63,187 nucleotides of DNA, filler included, from Chiloscyllium plagiosum (GCF_004010195.1; 4 parts of one record of this genome joined end to end with filler, not necessarily neighbours in it), one strand, 5' to 3'. Positions 35,454 through 49,756 are shown, numbered from the whole stretch's first letter. Made by a program: numbers and translations. The notes: generated by a model from the sequence alone, not told the origin.

Positions 35454-36094
35454 CTAGAATGCTATGTTACAACATCACCATATAATTAATAAGTATGTTC
35501 TGAAGCTTTTCTTCACAAATTAAGGAATGCTGTTTTGAAGTGACGAAGGAGCAATTCCTAACTGGGGTGACAGGTTTGGATGTTCACTGCCATTTAATGC
35601 AGGACTTAGTCCTTGTGGTGAGTTAGATGATCTGAGCCACACAGGGTTCATGGTTGCTGCATTTTGCTTCCAACACAGAAGGCACGATTAGCCCAGGGTT
35701 CACCTAGAGGGAGGTTCATCGTGACTGCAGTAACCTGTGCCAGAAATGCAGTTTTGGGAGAGAACAACATTTGTTTTCACCCTGCAATTCCTACACCTGC
35801 ACAGCCTGTGTGACATTGGATGTCAAGGTGAATACATGAGAACCAGGGTGAACCATCAAAAGGTTAACAGCATGGGAATAATTACCCTACCTGCCTGTGT
35901 ATCAACGTAGTCAGTTTTGCCCTGCATGGGGACATTCTTGGCTTGTTGTAAAACTGAGTATCTGGTGCCAAATCCTTTCCATTACTGAAAAAACCTACTT
36001 CCACTTCTGTAACATTACCTATCTACACAGCTGCTGTTGAAACTCTCATCCTTTCTGGCCAATTGATGGAGTCACTGCTGCTGCCATTAAATTC

Positions 36095-37530
36095 ATCCAG
36101 CTGCCATGATGAATGCCTCCATGCCCTCTGTTTCTTCCTCTCATGCCGTCCCAACCAATACCCTTCCACTGACACACTCATCAGCCTCTCACTTCCTCCA
36201 AACAAAAGCGGTGGCCATAGGCACCCGCATGGGCCTCAGCTATGTCTATCTCTTTGTCAGGTATGTGGAACAGTCCATCTTCGACAGCTACATCGGTACC
36301 ATCCCCCAAAATCTCCTCCGCTACATTGATGATGGTATCGGCACTACCTAGTGCTCCCTTGAGGAGGTTGAACAGTTCGTCAACTTCACTAACATCTTTC
36401 ACTCCAACCTTAAGTTCACCTGGACCATCTTGGACACCTCCCTCCTCTTCCTGGACCTCTCCATCTCCATCCCCGCCGACTGACTAACCACGGACATCTA
36501 CTACAAATGCACCGACTCCCATGTTACCTAGACTGCACCTCTTTCCACTCTTCCTCTTATAAAATTGCTATCCCTTATTCCAATTCCTCCGCCTCCACCA
36601 CATTTGTCCCCAGGATGACTAATTCCACCTCAGAAAATTCCAGATGGCCTCCTTCTTCCAAAATCGCAATTTCCCTTCCCATGTTGTCAACGATGCCCTC
36701 CAGCAGATCTCCTCCATTCCCCGCAACTCTGACTTTGAATCCCACCCCTCCCAATGCAACAAGAACAGAACACCCCAGGTCCTCACCTCCCAGCCCACCA
36801 GCCTCGAGATACATCGCCTCATCTCTGCCACTTCTGCCACCTACAAATGGACCTCACCACCAGAGATAAATTTCCCTCCAAATCCCTATTAGCATTCTGG
36901 AGAGACAATTCCCTTCATGAGTCCCTCGTCAGCTCCATGCACCCCCCCACCCCCACCAGCCCACAGCCCACTCCCGGCACCTTCCCTGCCACCAAGGAAG
37001 TGCAAAACCTGTGCCCACATCTCCCCCCTCACCTCCATCCAGGGCCCTTCAAAGGATCCAAAGGGTCCTTCTACATCGACAGAGATTTACCTGTACCTCC
37101 AACAATGTCATCTGTTGCACCCGATTTGCCTGAGGTGGTCTCCTCTACAATGGAGAGACAAGATGCCTTCTTGCGGATTGTTTCAGAGAACATATCTGGG
37201 ACACCTGCACCAAACAACCCCTCTGCCCCACAGCTGAACACTTCAACTTCCCCTCCCACTCTGCCAAGAACATGCAGGTCCTGGGCCTCTTCCATCACCA
37301 AACCCTTACCACCCGATGCATGGAGGAGGAATGCCTCATATTCCACCTTGGGACCCTGCAACCACATGGAATGAGTGTGGATTTCAACTGCTTCCTCATT
37401 TCCCCTCCCCTGCATTGTCCCAGTCCCAAGCCTTCAACTAGACACCGCCCTCAAGACTGTCCATCACCTTTCCCATTTATCCACTCCACCCTCCTCTCCG
37501 ACCTATCACCTTCTCCCTCACCTTTATCTG
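36095..37530 (+). mobile_element. Penelope-like element fragment (RT + GIY-YIG), same family as 10030-11710
   Basis: HFLQTKAVAIG, LRYIDD, RKCKTCAHI, EECLIFHLGTLQPHGM; many stops. Confidence 0.85.
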
Positions 37531-37989
37531 CCCATCCCTTAATGTCATTGATTGGCAGTAAGAGTCCACAGTAAGAGTTTACTTGTCAACCAGTTAGCAT
37601 CCTGTTTTCATGCAGGATAAATTGCTGCTCCTTTTGAAATTGTGACTCTCTCTTAATGAGTGCAAGAAGGAAAGCTTTGATTTTGGTATCACTTTTCTCA
37701 GCAGCATTAAAGCTGAATTTTATTTTCTATTTCTCTGTAATTTGACTATGTATTTGCTCCTCTATCTTCTTATTATTTGCTCTACAATAAACTACGCTTT
37801 TCTGTTCCTTAACTTCAGTTTTTCTTGGAGCCTTCTTCTTAATTGTTTTACACTATCTCTGTAATATTATGTTTGCTTAATATCACCACTTGACTAATAT
37901 TGCTACCATCTTCCCTTTCTTTTGGCTTAGCACATACTTCTTGAATACTTTGGATTAATACTATTTTACCTATCTCCAATGCTGGCATA

Positions 37990-38302
37990 AATTAGATTCC
38001 CTAAGTATGGAAACTTCGGCCCAACAAGTCTACAATGACCCTCGGAAGAGTAACCCACCCAGACTCATTCCCCTCCACTTACCCCTGACTAATGCACCGA
38101 ACACAATGGGCAATTTAGCATGGCCAATACACTTGACCTGCACATCTTTGGATTGTGGGAGGAAACCAGAGTGCACTGAGGAAACCCACGCAGACACGGG
38201 GAGAACGTGCAAACTTCACAGAGACAAGTGCCTGAGGCTGGAATTGAACCCAGGTCCCTCACGCTGTCGGCAGCGCTGCTAACCACTGAGCCATCGTGCT
38301 GC
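37990..38302 (-). mobile_element. HE1-type V-SINE
   Basis: Reverse complement of the HE1 head, V-domain and tail. Confidence 0.85.
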
Positions 38303-38734
38303 CTATGGCACAGCTGCAAATTGTTGTTTCCTGAATGTTTAAAAGTTGATAGTGTCCATTAACCAAAGGAATATCCTTAAGGCATGGGGAATATTGGAAT
38401 GCATGCAAATTATCTTAAATTAATAAAATTACATGCAATAAAAATTAAATATAGATGTTTAGAGAACCTCATTATGAATAATATTTTACGAAACAGAAAG
38501 CAGGGTAGTCAGGAAACACCACAAGTGTTACAACAGCTTGCACTGGCACTTCCTATCATTTGTTTCCTTTACTAGTTCATGTAACATCAGTTAGCCTAGT
38601 TACATTAAACATCAATGAGTGTGTGGATAGAGAGTAAAATTCTCCAGCTGTTCCAGTTATTCATCTTGACCTATTCAAACTTACTGTGGCTCATTTTCTT
38701 CCTCCAACTTACCTGATTTTAGCGTTTTCTGCTG

Positions 38735-39100
38735 AGTCATAGAGTCATACAGTACGGAAGCAGACTCTTTGGTTCAACTCGTCCACACTGACCAGACATC
38801 CCAATCTGATCTAATCCCATTTGCCAGCATGTGGCCCATATCCCTCTAAACCTTTCCTAATTATACACCTATCAAGATGCCTTTTAAATGCTGTAATTGT
38901 ACCGGCTTCCATCACTTCCTCTGGCAGCTCATCCCATACATGAATACCCTCTGTGTTAAAAAGTTACCCCTGAGGTCCTTTTTAAGTCTTCCTCTCTCAA
39001 CTTAAACCTATACCTTCTAACTTTGGAATCCCCCACCCCAGGGAAAAGACCTTGGCTATTCACCCGCTTCATGCTGTTTGTGATTTTATAAACCTCTTTA
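38735..39100 (-). mobile_element. HER1/CR1 LINE 3' end
   Basis: EVYKIT...GLFPGVGDSK; gagtcatagagtcata tail. Confidence 0.85.
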
Positions 39101-40219
39101 AGATGGCCTGTTCTGTAATTTCTAAGGCCCCAAACTCCCTTTTCGTTAATGGTTTTTTCTTTGAAGAATGCCACTGTACCCAGTACTGCCAGAACCAGTC
39201 ATCCTCCTTCTACCCCAAGTACTTTAAGGAACTAATTCCACTCCTATCCTCCCTAGCCTTAGCCCCAAGCTGTCTAGACTTTCACCCACCCTCTTTCTAC
39301 TTCTATTTATTCCATCTGATAGCTAATGCTAGCTCTGCCATCCTGATGATTTCCCTTGAGCAGGCCTGATAAATGGATATGTCAGGAGGAAAAATTTATG
39401 GTTCAATGGGCAAAACATTAGCTAGCTCCAGTCAAGGGTTGCTTATGTTATGATGAGAAGATATTACTGGCAATGCCTGAAAGCCTTAACAGTGCAAATC
39501 CCTGTTGAATTCTTGCTGGGGAATGCCAAGAACTTTCATTTAGTTAAAAATGTCAAATATCACATTTTATTCTATTGTTTCCACTCAGTCACTTGTAACC
39601 TGAACTGCTTAGTGTCAGTGACCTCTTCATTTACTCACATATGTGAAGTTGATGAAGTAAAAGCTGAATAGGTATTTGGCAACCACACACGTCTGTGCGC
39701 AAAACCATCCATCATTATAAATGAGAGGCATTTAAAACTGTTGAGCAATTTTGACTCAAGGTGAACTATCTAGCCAATTTTCTTCTAGGTCTATAATAGA
39801 AAGTTGTAATATTTGATGGAATGATAGTTAAAAACAATTTGATGTTGGCAGAGGTTATAACCAGTGGTAATATATCACCAAATATGAGGACTTAAATAAA
39901 CTCTAGCTTTGACCTCATGTTAGATAATTAACTTAATAATAGGGAATTGATCTTTTTGGATTGATTTGTGGTTGGACTCTGGCCAGTGTTGGACCTTCTA
40001 TTCAATTGAGCTCCAATGGGCTTGAAATTGGAGGCTGGCGTCTCTGCATTGCATCAATGCAGAGGCCCACTCCATGATTCCTGCTGAAACCCAGAGCATA
40101 AGTGAATGAGAGTGGGATGGGAGTCCAGATGAGGAGGGGTGAAGGGGTTCATAGGTACTGACATGGTTTCCAGCAGCCACCCCACTTCCTGAAGCGATTG
40201 GTTGAGGCCACTGTTGGAG

Positions 40220-40810
40220 TAATTCTGGTCTCCTTCCTATCGGAAAGATATTGTGAAACTTGAAAGGGTTCAGAAAAGATTTACAAGAATGTTGCCACGG
40301 TTGGAGGATTTGAGCTATAGGGAGAGGTTGAATAGGCGAGGGCTATTTTCCCTGGAGCGTCGGAGGCTGAGGGGTGACCTTATATAGGTTTATAAAACCA
40401 TGAGGGGCATGGATAGGATAAATAGACAAAGTCTTTTCTAGAGTCCAGAACTAGACGGCATATGTTTAGGGTGAGAGGGAAAAAATATAAAAGAGACCTA
40501 AGTGACAATTTTTTCACTCAGAGGATGGTACATGTATGGAATGATCTGCCAGAGGAAGTGGTGGAGGCTGGTACAATTGCAACATTTAAAAGGCATCTGG
40601 ATAGGTATATGAATAGGAAAGGTTTGGAGGGATATGGGCCAGGTGCTTGCAGATGGGACTAGATTGGGTTGGGTATCTAGTGGGCATGGATGGGTTGGAC
40701 CAAAGGGTCTGTTTCCGTGCTGTACATCTCTATGACTCTATGACTATTGGTGAAAAGTTGGTTGGCATGGATGAGCTAGACTGAAGGGTCTGTTTCCGTG
40801 CTGTATGACT
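40220..40810 (+). mobile_element. HER1/CR1 LINE 3' fragment with a duplicated tail
   Basis: FWSPSYRKDIVKLERVQKRFTRML...WNDLPEEVVEAGTIATFKRHLD; the tail is repeated at 40760-40810. Confidence 0.9.
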
Positions 40811-41004
40811 TTATAAAGCCAACAGCATTTATTGAACATAATCAGATCTAAAGAAAGCAAAATCATGAAAATGCTCCAAATTTACATGCACATTTGATGT
40901 TCACTTTGACACACTAATATTAAGAGCGATGGAATATATTAAGCAATTTGAAGTCCATTAAAGTTATAGAGCACAGCTCATTACTGAATTCAGGTGATTT
41001 TGGA

Positions 41005-41293
41005 ATTAGATTAGATTCCCTACAGTGTGGAAACAGGCCCTTGGGCCCAACCAGCTCATATTGACCCTCCGAAGAGTAACCCACCCAACCCTATTTCCCT
41101 CTGACTAATGCAACTAATACTATGGACAATTTAGCACGGCCAATTCACCTGGCCTGCGGGAGGAAACCGAAGCACCCAACGCAGACACGGGGAGAATGTG
41201 CAAACTCCACACAGACAGTTACCCAAGGTTGGAATCAAACCTGGGACCCTGCTGCTGTGAGGCAGCAGTGCTAACTGCTGAGCCACCATGCCG
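41005..41293 (-). mobile_element. HE1-type V-SINE
   Basis: Reverse complement of the HE1 head, V-domain and tail. Confidence 0.85.
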
Positions 41294-42127
41294 CTTTTGT
41301 ACTGACTCTCCTGAGTTTGGTGTTGATGTAGCTTAAAAATGAATGATTTATCTATTCTTTCAAGAGTGAAAGAGTGGGTTTGAAACTTACAAGTTGCATG
41401 GAGAGAGGCAGGAAAACTCAATCAAAGATCTTCAGCATCTCATTTGCTTGCCCTCTGGCTGCAGTGAAACCAGATGCTTAAATCCACAAACTATGAGCTG
41501 TCTTGTGACATGACCATCTCTCTTGAATTGCCCATCTTCCCCAAATATGGTGTGGTGGTGTAGATTTCAGTTGCATGGCTTCCATGATGAGAGGCTTTGC
41601 GGACAAGTAGTCTCTATTTCAATGGCATTGGAACGTGAGAGGCTTGTTGATGCAAATCTTCAGCTATCTTTGACCGTGCTTTCAAATCTTTGGAACGTGG
41701 CTTCAGTCTTTTTTTTTAATCAGCTAGTGGATTCCAGCCATTAAATTTGTAAAGTCGTTTATTATAAAGTATGATTTCACCATCATGCTTGACTCTTTTA
41801 CCAAACTCTTGGTCCTTTTCCCAAATATGCCCTTACCTGGCTTGAAGTCAAATGTTGTTGATAATGACTGGAATGAAGGGCCTTTGGACATTTTACTCGG
41901 ACAAAGGTATTCATATAAACATAAACTGTTGAGGCTCTCCACTATCCACCGTTAAATAAAGCATCTCCTATTTGATTAATCGACTATTGTCTGGCTTTTC
42001 CGAACCCACCACACCCCCAACTGCCTCCACCCCTCCTGGCCCAATTATCTAGCTGCCTTGCCGACACGTGTTGTGTTTTGGCCATTTGCTAATTTATTTT
42101 ACAATAAGCCTGGTAAGATTCATAGTA

Positions 42128-42320
42128 TCATAGAATCTCTACAGTTTGTGGAAGTAGGCCATTTTGTCCATCAAGTCCGCACTGATCCTCCGAAGGGAAC
42201 CAGACACACCACACCCCTGTGACCTTACATTTCCCATGGCTAATCCACCTAGCCTTTGCATCCCTGGACACCACGGGCAATTTAGTATGGCCAATCCACC
42301 TAACCCACACATCTTTGGAC
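42128..42320 (-). mobile_element. HE1-type V-SINE 3' half
   Basis: gggcaatttagtatggccaatccacctaacc; tail catagaatctctacag. Confidence 0.75.
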
Positions 42321-43026
42321 TGATGGAAGGAGATGGAATACTGTGCGTGCCAATTTTTTTATGTGCCCACCTGCTGTCCAATTAATACTAAGTATGAAAG
42401 TCAGCCCTGAATCATCTTAGTTTGATCTGTTAAATTTGATTTCTTTGGGGGCATCAGTGAACAGTGATCTGATTGATTCTCCATTCACCTTGTACAGTGC
42501 TCAAATGAAAATATAACAAAACTGCGGTACAATATTAAATAACTATTTTCATAGATATTAAAATAAACTTCATTTGAAGGTAAATTAGTTTAAGAATTAA
42601 ATTTCATTGCAGGGCGATAAATCCTGTGGGAAGATTTGGAATCCTCTAACTATACATTAGTGAATACAAGACATTAAGGTTTCAAGAATAATCATTGTAG
42701 AAGATTGTTGGAAGAGAAATTATCAATTAATAATCCGGACATACGGACAAGGAACAAGAATAGGCCACTCAGTCCATTGAGTCTGCTCCATAATTCAATA
42801 AAATCATGGCTGATCTAATTTTAACCTTCCTTCATTTCCCTGCTAATCTTTCACCACCTTAAGTAATCAAGAATTTATCTACTTCTGCCTTAAAAAATAT
42901 TTTAAAATTCTGCATCTACTGCCCTTTGAGGAAGGAAATTTTTAACACATATTTCTGATAGAAAAGATAATTTCTCATCACTGTTTCAGTGGGCATCCCC
43001 TTGTTTGTAAAAGTCTCCCTAACTTT

Positions 43027-43330
43027 GATTAGATTCCCTACAGTGTGGAAACAGACCCTTCTGCCCAACCAGTCCACATCAACTCTCTGAAAAGTAACCC
43101 ACCCAGACCCATTTCCCCTCTGACTAATGCACCTAACACTATAGGCAAGTTAGCATGGCCAATTCACCTGCCCTGCACATCTTTAGACTGTGGGAAGAAA
43201 CCAGAGCACCTGGAAGAAACCCATGCAGACATGGGGAGAACATGCAAACTCCACACAGTGACCTGAGGCTGGAATTGAACCTGGGACCTGGTGCTGTGAG
43301 GCAGCAGTGCTAACCACTGAGCCACCATGG
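43027..43330 (-). mobile_element. HE1-type V-SINE
   Basis: Reverse complement of the HE1 head, V-domain and tail. Confidence 0.85.
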
Positions 43331-43347
43331 CACACTTAAACATGTGC

Positions 43348-43418
43348 TGCATTGGCTGGGAATTGAACCCGGGACTCCCACATGGTGGGCAAGAATTCTA
43401 CCACTGCACCACCGATGC
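43348..43418 (-). pseudogene. tRNA-Gly(GCC)-derived pseudogene; the anticodon now reads ACC
   Basis: Minus strand: GCATCGGTGGTGCAGTGGTAGAATTCTTGCCCACCATGTGGGAGTCCCGGGTTCAATTCCCAGCCAATGCA (71 nt), colinear with vertebrate tRNA-Gly-GCC. Several CpG-type transitions and loss of U33. Confidence 0.8.
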
Positions 43419-44224
43419 ATGATTTACGTGACCTCTGCATTTCACATCTTGACAGCGAGTTTGAGGCTTTTGAAAATGTCTGATTGTCTGTATTAGAAAG
43501 TCAGATTTTCTAGCTCCTCTTCTCACTGCATTAACAATTGACAGTAGGGATTTTCTTTCTTGATGGATAGGATACTTACAGAATAAAAGAGTGCTCAAGT
43601 ATATTGATACATAATCTCGCTGATTGGGGTTAGTGTTTTTTCTCTTGATTTATCACAGCAGTGTAGTACCAAGCATCCATTTGAAATAAACTGTACAAAC
43701 AACTGTTATTCTGTTACTTTGGAATCTGCTTTTACTACTTCTGCACATTTGAGGATAAGCTTAAAATAATCTAAACTTCAAAGTAATTCTTGTCGTATGT
43801 TACAGTAAGGACCACATGAGGCTTCTGGTTAGATAAGTTTGCTGATACTGATTCTCCTTTCCATTCTTTTAAGGTAAACATTAGCAAAATTAGACAGTCC
43901 CTGGTGGAACTCTGAAACAAAGAAATCCAAAAGTAAGAGGAAACTTAAAATAGAAACATAACAAAATTAAATCAGCAGTCATTACCAGAGGGGATAAAAT
44001 ACTCCAGTCCTTGTGTAGTTCATTGGTTCTTAAAGATTTCTATTGTGCTGATGGACTCCATGCGCTCATCAGTCCTATCTGATTTAAGTGGAAGTGAAAT
44101 TTGCCATTCTTCCAGAGGGCCATACCTTGACCTCTCAATAGGAGAGAATCAACTGATGTTGAATTTAATCAGAGGGTCACCACATCTCAGCTGAGGGGTG
44201 GTGACCCCAGCCAGTTCATGAATT

Positions 44225-44650
44225 GAAACAAAAACAGAAATTGCTGGAAAAGCTCAGCAGGTCTATTCGCATCTGTTCAGAGAACTCAGGTCGGGTGACC
44301 CTTTCTCAGAACTGATGGTAGCTAGGAAAATGTTAGTTTTCATGCAGAAAATAAGGTGGGGGGTACGGGTAAAGATTAAATGATAGGTGGGGATAGAGCC
44401 CAAAGAGAGAGAAGAACAGTTGGACAGACGGAGGAGTGGATAATGATCCGGTTAGGCAAGTGAATAGATGATAATGGGCATTGTTAGTAGCTAACAACTG
44501 ATTGTGTGTAATAGCAGACTGTGTTAACAAGGCCTGGTTTGTAGGGATTGGAGTTGGGACATGGGAGAGCTTAAGCCCTAAAGTTGCTGAACTGGATATT
44601 GAGTCCAGAAGGCTGCAGAGTTCCTAAGCAGAAAATGAGGTGCTGTTCCT
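44225..44650 (-). mobile_element. Older PLE 3' end (GIY-YIG C-terminus plus tail)
   Basis: aagcagaaaatgaggtgctgttcctc (EEQHLIFCLGTLQP on minus) and an aaattgctggaaaagctcagcagg tail. Similar remnants at ~4365-4730, 30350-30710 and 54675-55120. Confidence 0.65.
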
Positions 44651-46439
44651 CTATGAATTGAAATCTTCCTTTCTACTTGACTTAAATGCACAGTAATGGT
44701 TTAGAGAGGCCCAAATGGGCACTGCAAAACAGAACTCAAGGGGTCAACGTAAACATACACAGCACATATCAAAGGGTATTATGACAAGAGGTAATGATGC
44801 ACCCCAATTCTCCTTTCCATGCAGAGTTTATGTGCCTATCTAATTAGTTGTGATGAAGGATAAACTGAAGGATAAGGTTGAATGGAAAGAAGTGCTTGTT
44901 GAACAACATTATAGTTTATTGCCTAATAACAATAGGTATAAGTTACAATAAATAGTTAGGCATCTTTATAAAGGCAGTCAGGGACCAGAGATGGCACATC
45001 AGTCTTCATCAGGACCTCGTACTAGACTGATTCTTTCTCCACCCAAAGACTGTGTGATGACATCATATAGGGTGAGGCTGCAAGCAACTTTGACATTAGT
45101 TCTTCCAGAACGCCTTTCGTAACAAGTCTTAGGTTTTTCCTTTCTTAGAGGGAAAATGAATAATGTGGAGAATAAAACATTAAATAAAATCTGTATACTA
45201 TAAATTCTCTGACAGGGTGGAAGTTTGTACTTCAGTCAGGGGAATCAAGGCAGTTGCAATCGACTGCTGAAAGGGGCAGAGCTTTGTCACAATCGGCAGA
45301 TCTAAAGTGATCAGACACACATCCCTGTCAAAGGTGAAATTATTGTCAGGCACAACACCAACAAGACTCCAAGGGAAACAACCATATAACCAAATCTACA
45401 TTTTTCTCCACTATTATTGAATTATATCAGGAATGGTTTTACAACTTTATTGAAGTTACTTGCTGATTTCTTTTCCTGTGGTATTGACCAGATTTTTACA
45501 TTGCTCATTGTTAGCAAGTGTGATTACATTATTCCAAGAACAATATTGAGCGCAACTCAATTTGAATATCATTACAGTAAGCTGGAATGGGTTTCTCATC
45601 GTAGGGAAAACTTATTGATTTATTTAGCTACACTACATCTATTCTTCAGCATAACCTCTGCAAAATAGATTATTACCTGAGGTGGTCACATTGCAAGCTT
45701 TAGGGTTCCCTGGGCTCAGGCATTGATGAGGGCCCATATTTGATTTGCTTCTGGAGCTCCATAGTGGACAGTCACATCTTTCACCTTCAGTATAACACTT
45801 CTAAGTGCTAATATCAGATATCTTTGCCCAAATGGTGATATCTGATCACTCTTGTTTCTCATCTGCTGGTAGAAGCTGGAGATTTTGAATTTAATGGTGA
45901 AATGAGGTCATAGTGACCTGAGAAACAGATGTAAGGAAATATTCAAAATAATTTTTGTACTTAACAGCAGCAGAATACTTTACTGAACAAAACATCTGTT
46001 CTTTCAAGTAAATTCAAAGAATCCTGAGATTTCTATTTTTGTTTACTGTTGTTGTGAGGACTAATATTTTGCAATATAGTTTTTATGGCTTATAATTTAT
46101 ATTCTTGATTTTTTGAAAGTCAATTCTCAATCCCTGCGGATTGTGGGAAGAACGCATCTAAGGCATTCTGGTGTGGAGGCTTTTCAACATGCTTTGAATC
46201 ATAAATAACTTGCAGTACTGTGGATGTAATCTTGTTATAATTCATTTTAATTTTAGAGAGAGGAGAATAAATCAGCCTGGATTTTGGTTCTGAGCTGCTA
46301 TTCATTGGTCCACAATTAAAAATAGATTTGTGTAGGTATTTGATAGACAAGTTTGGACATAGCAATTGCAGAACATATTAATGCAACCAGCCTTGAGTCA
46401 TACAACGTGGATGAAGACTTAGACAGGAATCCCAGGAAA

Positions 46440-46928
46440 GGCATGGAGCCTGTCCCCATTGCTCAGAAGGGAAGGGTGGAGAAGAGCAGAGCAATAGTAA
46501 TTGGGGACTCGATAGTTCGGGGCACAGATAGGCGGTTTTGTGGGAACGAGAGAGACTCACATTTGGTATGTTGCCTCCCAGGTGCAAGGGTACGTGTGTC
46601 TCTGATCGTGTTTTCTGGGTCTTTAAGGGGGAGGGGGAGCAGCCCAAAGTCGTGGTCCACATTGGCACCAATGACATAGGTAGGAGGAGGGCTGAGGATG
46701 CTAGGCAGGCTTTCAGGGAGCTAGGTTGGAAGCTCAGAGTTAGAACAAACAGAGTTGTTGTCTCTGGTTTGTTACCCGTGCCATGTGATAGAGAGTCGAG
46801 GAATAGGGAGAGAGAACAGCTAAATGCGTGGCTACAGGGATGGTGCAGGAGGGAGGGATTCCGGTATCTGGATAACTGGAGTTCTTTCTGGGGAAGGTGG
46901 GACCTCAATAAACAGGATGGTCTACACC
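46440..46928 (+). mobile_element. CR1 LINE ORF1 SGNH-esterase domain fragment (one frameshift)
   Basis: IVIGDSIVRG, VCCLPGARV, VVVHIGTND and DGLH are the SGNH-hydrolase blocks characteristic of CR1 ORF1p. Confidence 0.9.
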
Positions 46929-47028
46929 NNNNNNNNNNNNNNNNNNNNNNNNNNNNNNNNNNNNNNNNNNNNTTAATTAATTAANNNNNNNNNNNNNNNN
47001 NNNNNNNNNNNNNNNNNNNNNNNNNNNN
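46929..47028. other. Artificial contig linker N44-TTAATTAATTAA-N44
   Basis: Same construct as 22613-22712. Confidence 0.95.
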
Positions 47029-49206
47029 CTCCCTCATTATGGGCATTTATGCGGGCATTGGATAGGCATATGGAGGATAGTGGGCTAGTGTAGGTTAGGT
47101 GGGCTTGGATCGGCGCAACATCGAGGGCCGAAGGGCCTGTACTGCGCTGTATTCTTCTATGTTCTATGTTATTCATTACTTATCCGAATGTCTTTTAAGT
47201 GTTGCAACCATACCCACATTCAGCAGTTTCTCTGAAAGTTAATTCAACTGCTGTCCTTGTCCTTCAAGATGGAATAGTTGTGCGTTTTGAAAATGCTGTT
47301 TTTGGACCCTTGGTGAATTTCTGCAGTGCATCTTGTAAATAGTACACACTGCCACTACTGAGTGTCAGGTGGTAGAGTGGTTGACTGTTTGTGTATGTGG
47401 TACCACTCAAACAGGCTGCTTTGTCCTGGAGAGTCCCAAGCTATTGGTGTCAAGGGTGTAAATATAGAGGGGGAAGCAGTAAAAAGAAAGTGACATTGAC
47501 AGCTCTGTATGGTGTCTGCTCCAGATTAATCCAAGATACGCCACTTTGGTGCTGCAGTATTCAGCAATATCATGTCATTAAAGTATGGACATATAAACTG
47601 GGAGCAAAAGTAGGTCATTTGTCCCTCAAGCCATTCAGCAAGTTCATGGCTAATCTGTGTATGGTTTGAATTCCACATTTCCCCCTACCTCAGATAACAT
47701 TTGATTCCCTTCCCTGCTAAGAATCTATCCAGCAGGGCCTTCAAAATATTCAAAAGGCCCATCTCCAGCTACTTCTGAAGCAGGGGAATACCAAAGTTGC
47801 ACAACACCAGCGGAGATTTTAAAAAAAATTCCCCTTATCTTTGACCTGAAAGGAAAATTTTCAAATAGATTCTGGACAGTAAGTTAAATACAAATTGTAT
47901 TATTAATACTAAAATGTGATGCTGTTACAAAACAACATCTGATAAACTGCAATTTTAGAATGTTATCCGAGTCCAGGAAATCTCTTTTGAGAAAGAATAT
48001 CATAGAAATATGTGAGTCTTCAGGTACAAGCTATTCCTTGTTTGGACATCCAAATTTCAATTGGAGGAAACACTAATATGATCAGCAGAGCAGAACCACT
48101 CACTTTTTGTGCTTCTATCTTATTTGCATTAATTAGCAGTGACATGATGTATTGAGGGAGTTGCGTTCTGACTGGTTGAGAAAGACAGTAAACATCTACA
48201 AGTTAAGGTAATTAAAAATGCTGATTGCAAAGGTTCATTTCCAAGGTTAGTGGTTCATTTCATTGGTGTGCATCACGGAGCGAAAAAAAATCCTTTTCCT
48301 CATGAGTTCCCTACTTCAGGATATCCTTCTGCCTTTCCTGACAATTTCACGCTGAAAGAGAAAGGGAATCTGACAGAAGCTGAACCCAAGGTCATGAACG
48401 TTGAAGCATAGCTTTAGCTGCTCTGGTATTTACCACAAATGGACACAAAGAGGTTGAAACAAAGAAAATTGCAATACACTTTGGGAATGGGAAAGTTTGG
48501 CTTTTTCCCAAATAGCACTTGCACAGTTAATTCAGATTTTTTCCAGTGCTGTCTATATTCAAATAATAATCAATCTTGTCTGAGAGTTGAGCCCCAATCT
48601 TTAACCTCCAAATCCTTCATGTTTCGGGTGTCGCTTGTGCAAGACACCCCCCAGATTTTGGCTCCAATGAATCCTTCATTTTTCATTCCCCTTGTGCTCG
48701 TTTTGGGAGGAGGAATAATCTAGTGAGAATTTGTCACAATTGCTCTTTTCTCATTTAAACGTCAGAAATACCGGTAGATAGCCTGGGACATCTGTTCCCT
48801 GCTGCGCACCATGCCAGCAACGAGCGTCAGTGTCATTATTGGCGGCTTGGCTGTTCCAAAGATCTGGCATGGATTTTAACCCTGTGAAAGTATCACTAGT
48901 TTAAAAGTCAAAACCTCTGCTTTTTGTCTAAAGGTTTGACCTCATCTCGACTTTTACAGGCGTGTCAACCATAACCTTCTGGGTGTTTTTAACATTTGGG
49001 CAGCGGTATATGATCGATAAGAGCGAATTAGCAGCCTGTTTCATCGCATTCCTGACCTCAGTGAAAATCAAATCCAGGAGGGATGCACATCAGGATGCTG
49101 ATTTGCTATCACATAGAACACTGGAGTAAAAGATTCTCAATGAATTCCTCCCTAAGAGATTATTCAAACCATTCACCTTTGTCGTAATAAACTGTTAACT
49201 CAAGAA

Positions 49207-49320
49207 GGAGAAAGTGAGGACTGCAAATGCTGGAGATCAGAGCTGAAAATGTGTTGCTGGAAAAGCGCAGCAGGTCAGGCAGCATCCAAGGAACAGTAGA
49301 ATTGACGTTTCGGGCACAAG
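49207..49320 (-). mobile_element. PLE family-1 terminal fragment
   Basis: Reverse complement of 34610-34723; TSD CTGTTAACTCA(A/G)GAA (49192-49206, 49321-49335). Confidence 0.85.
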
Positions 49321-49756
49321 CTGTTAACTCAGGAATCAAGGCATAAGATCAAATGCAAATGTTTGAGGAAAGGACAGCGAGAGGAACAACCTAGATTCCT
49401 GTGAAAGTATGTGTTTTCCTGAGAGCTCTCCCGATATCCCAACATAATTTAGTGAAAGGTTCATGAGTCCCTGGAGAAGAACACCAGATTTCATAGGAAT
49501 TTTCCCTCACTAACCACCAGTTGTATCTCACCAGATGCATTGGTATACTGATCCATTTGATTTATTATAGGGACTTTTCAATCTACACGTATCTCTATCT
49601 TTTGGGGTCCCAATTCATCTTTAAAATTTAAAAAGTTGCTAAGGTTAAATTTGTTTTTAAATTGGAATTGTTATTTCTGCCTCCTTAATTGTTGTTTTGC
49701 ATTTGTTCATTCTCAAAAATGTGATCTACACATCAATATCTCCCTGTTCTAATGAA

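Noticed and set aside
43348..43418. Functional tRNA gene
   Set aside because: U33 is lost, the anticodon is altered and there are several CpG-type changes; treated as a pseudogene.
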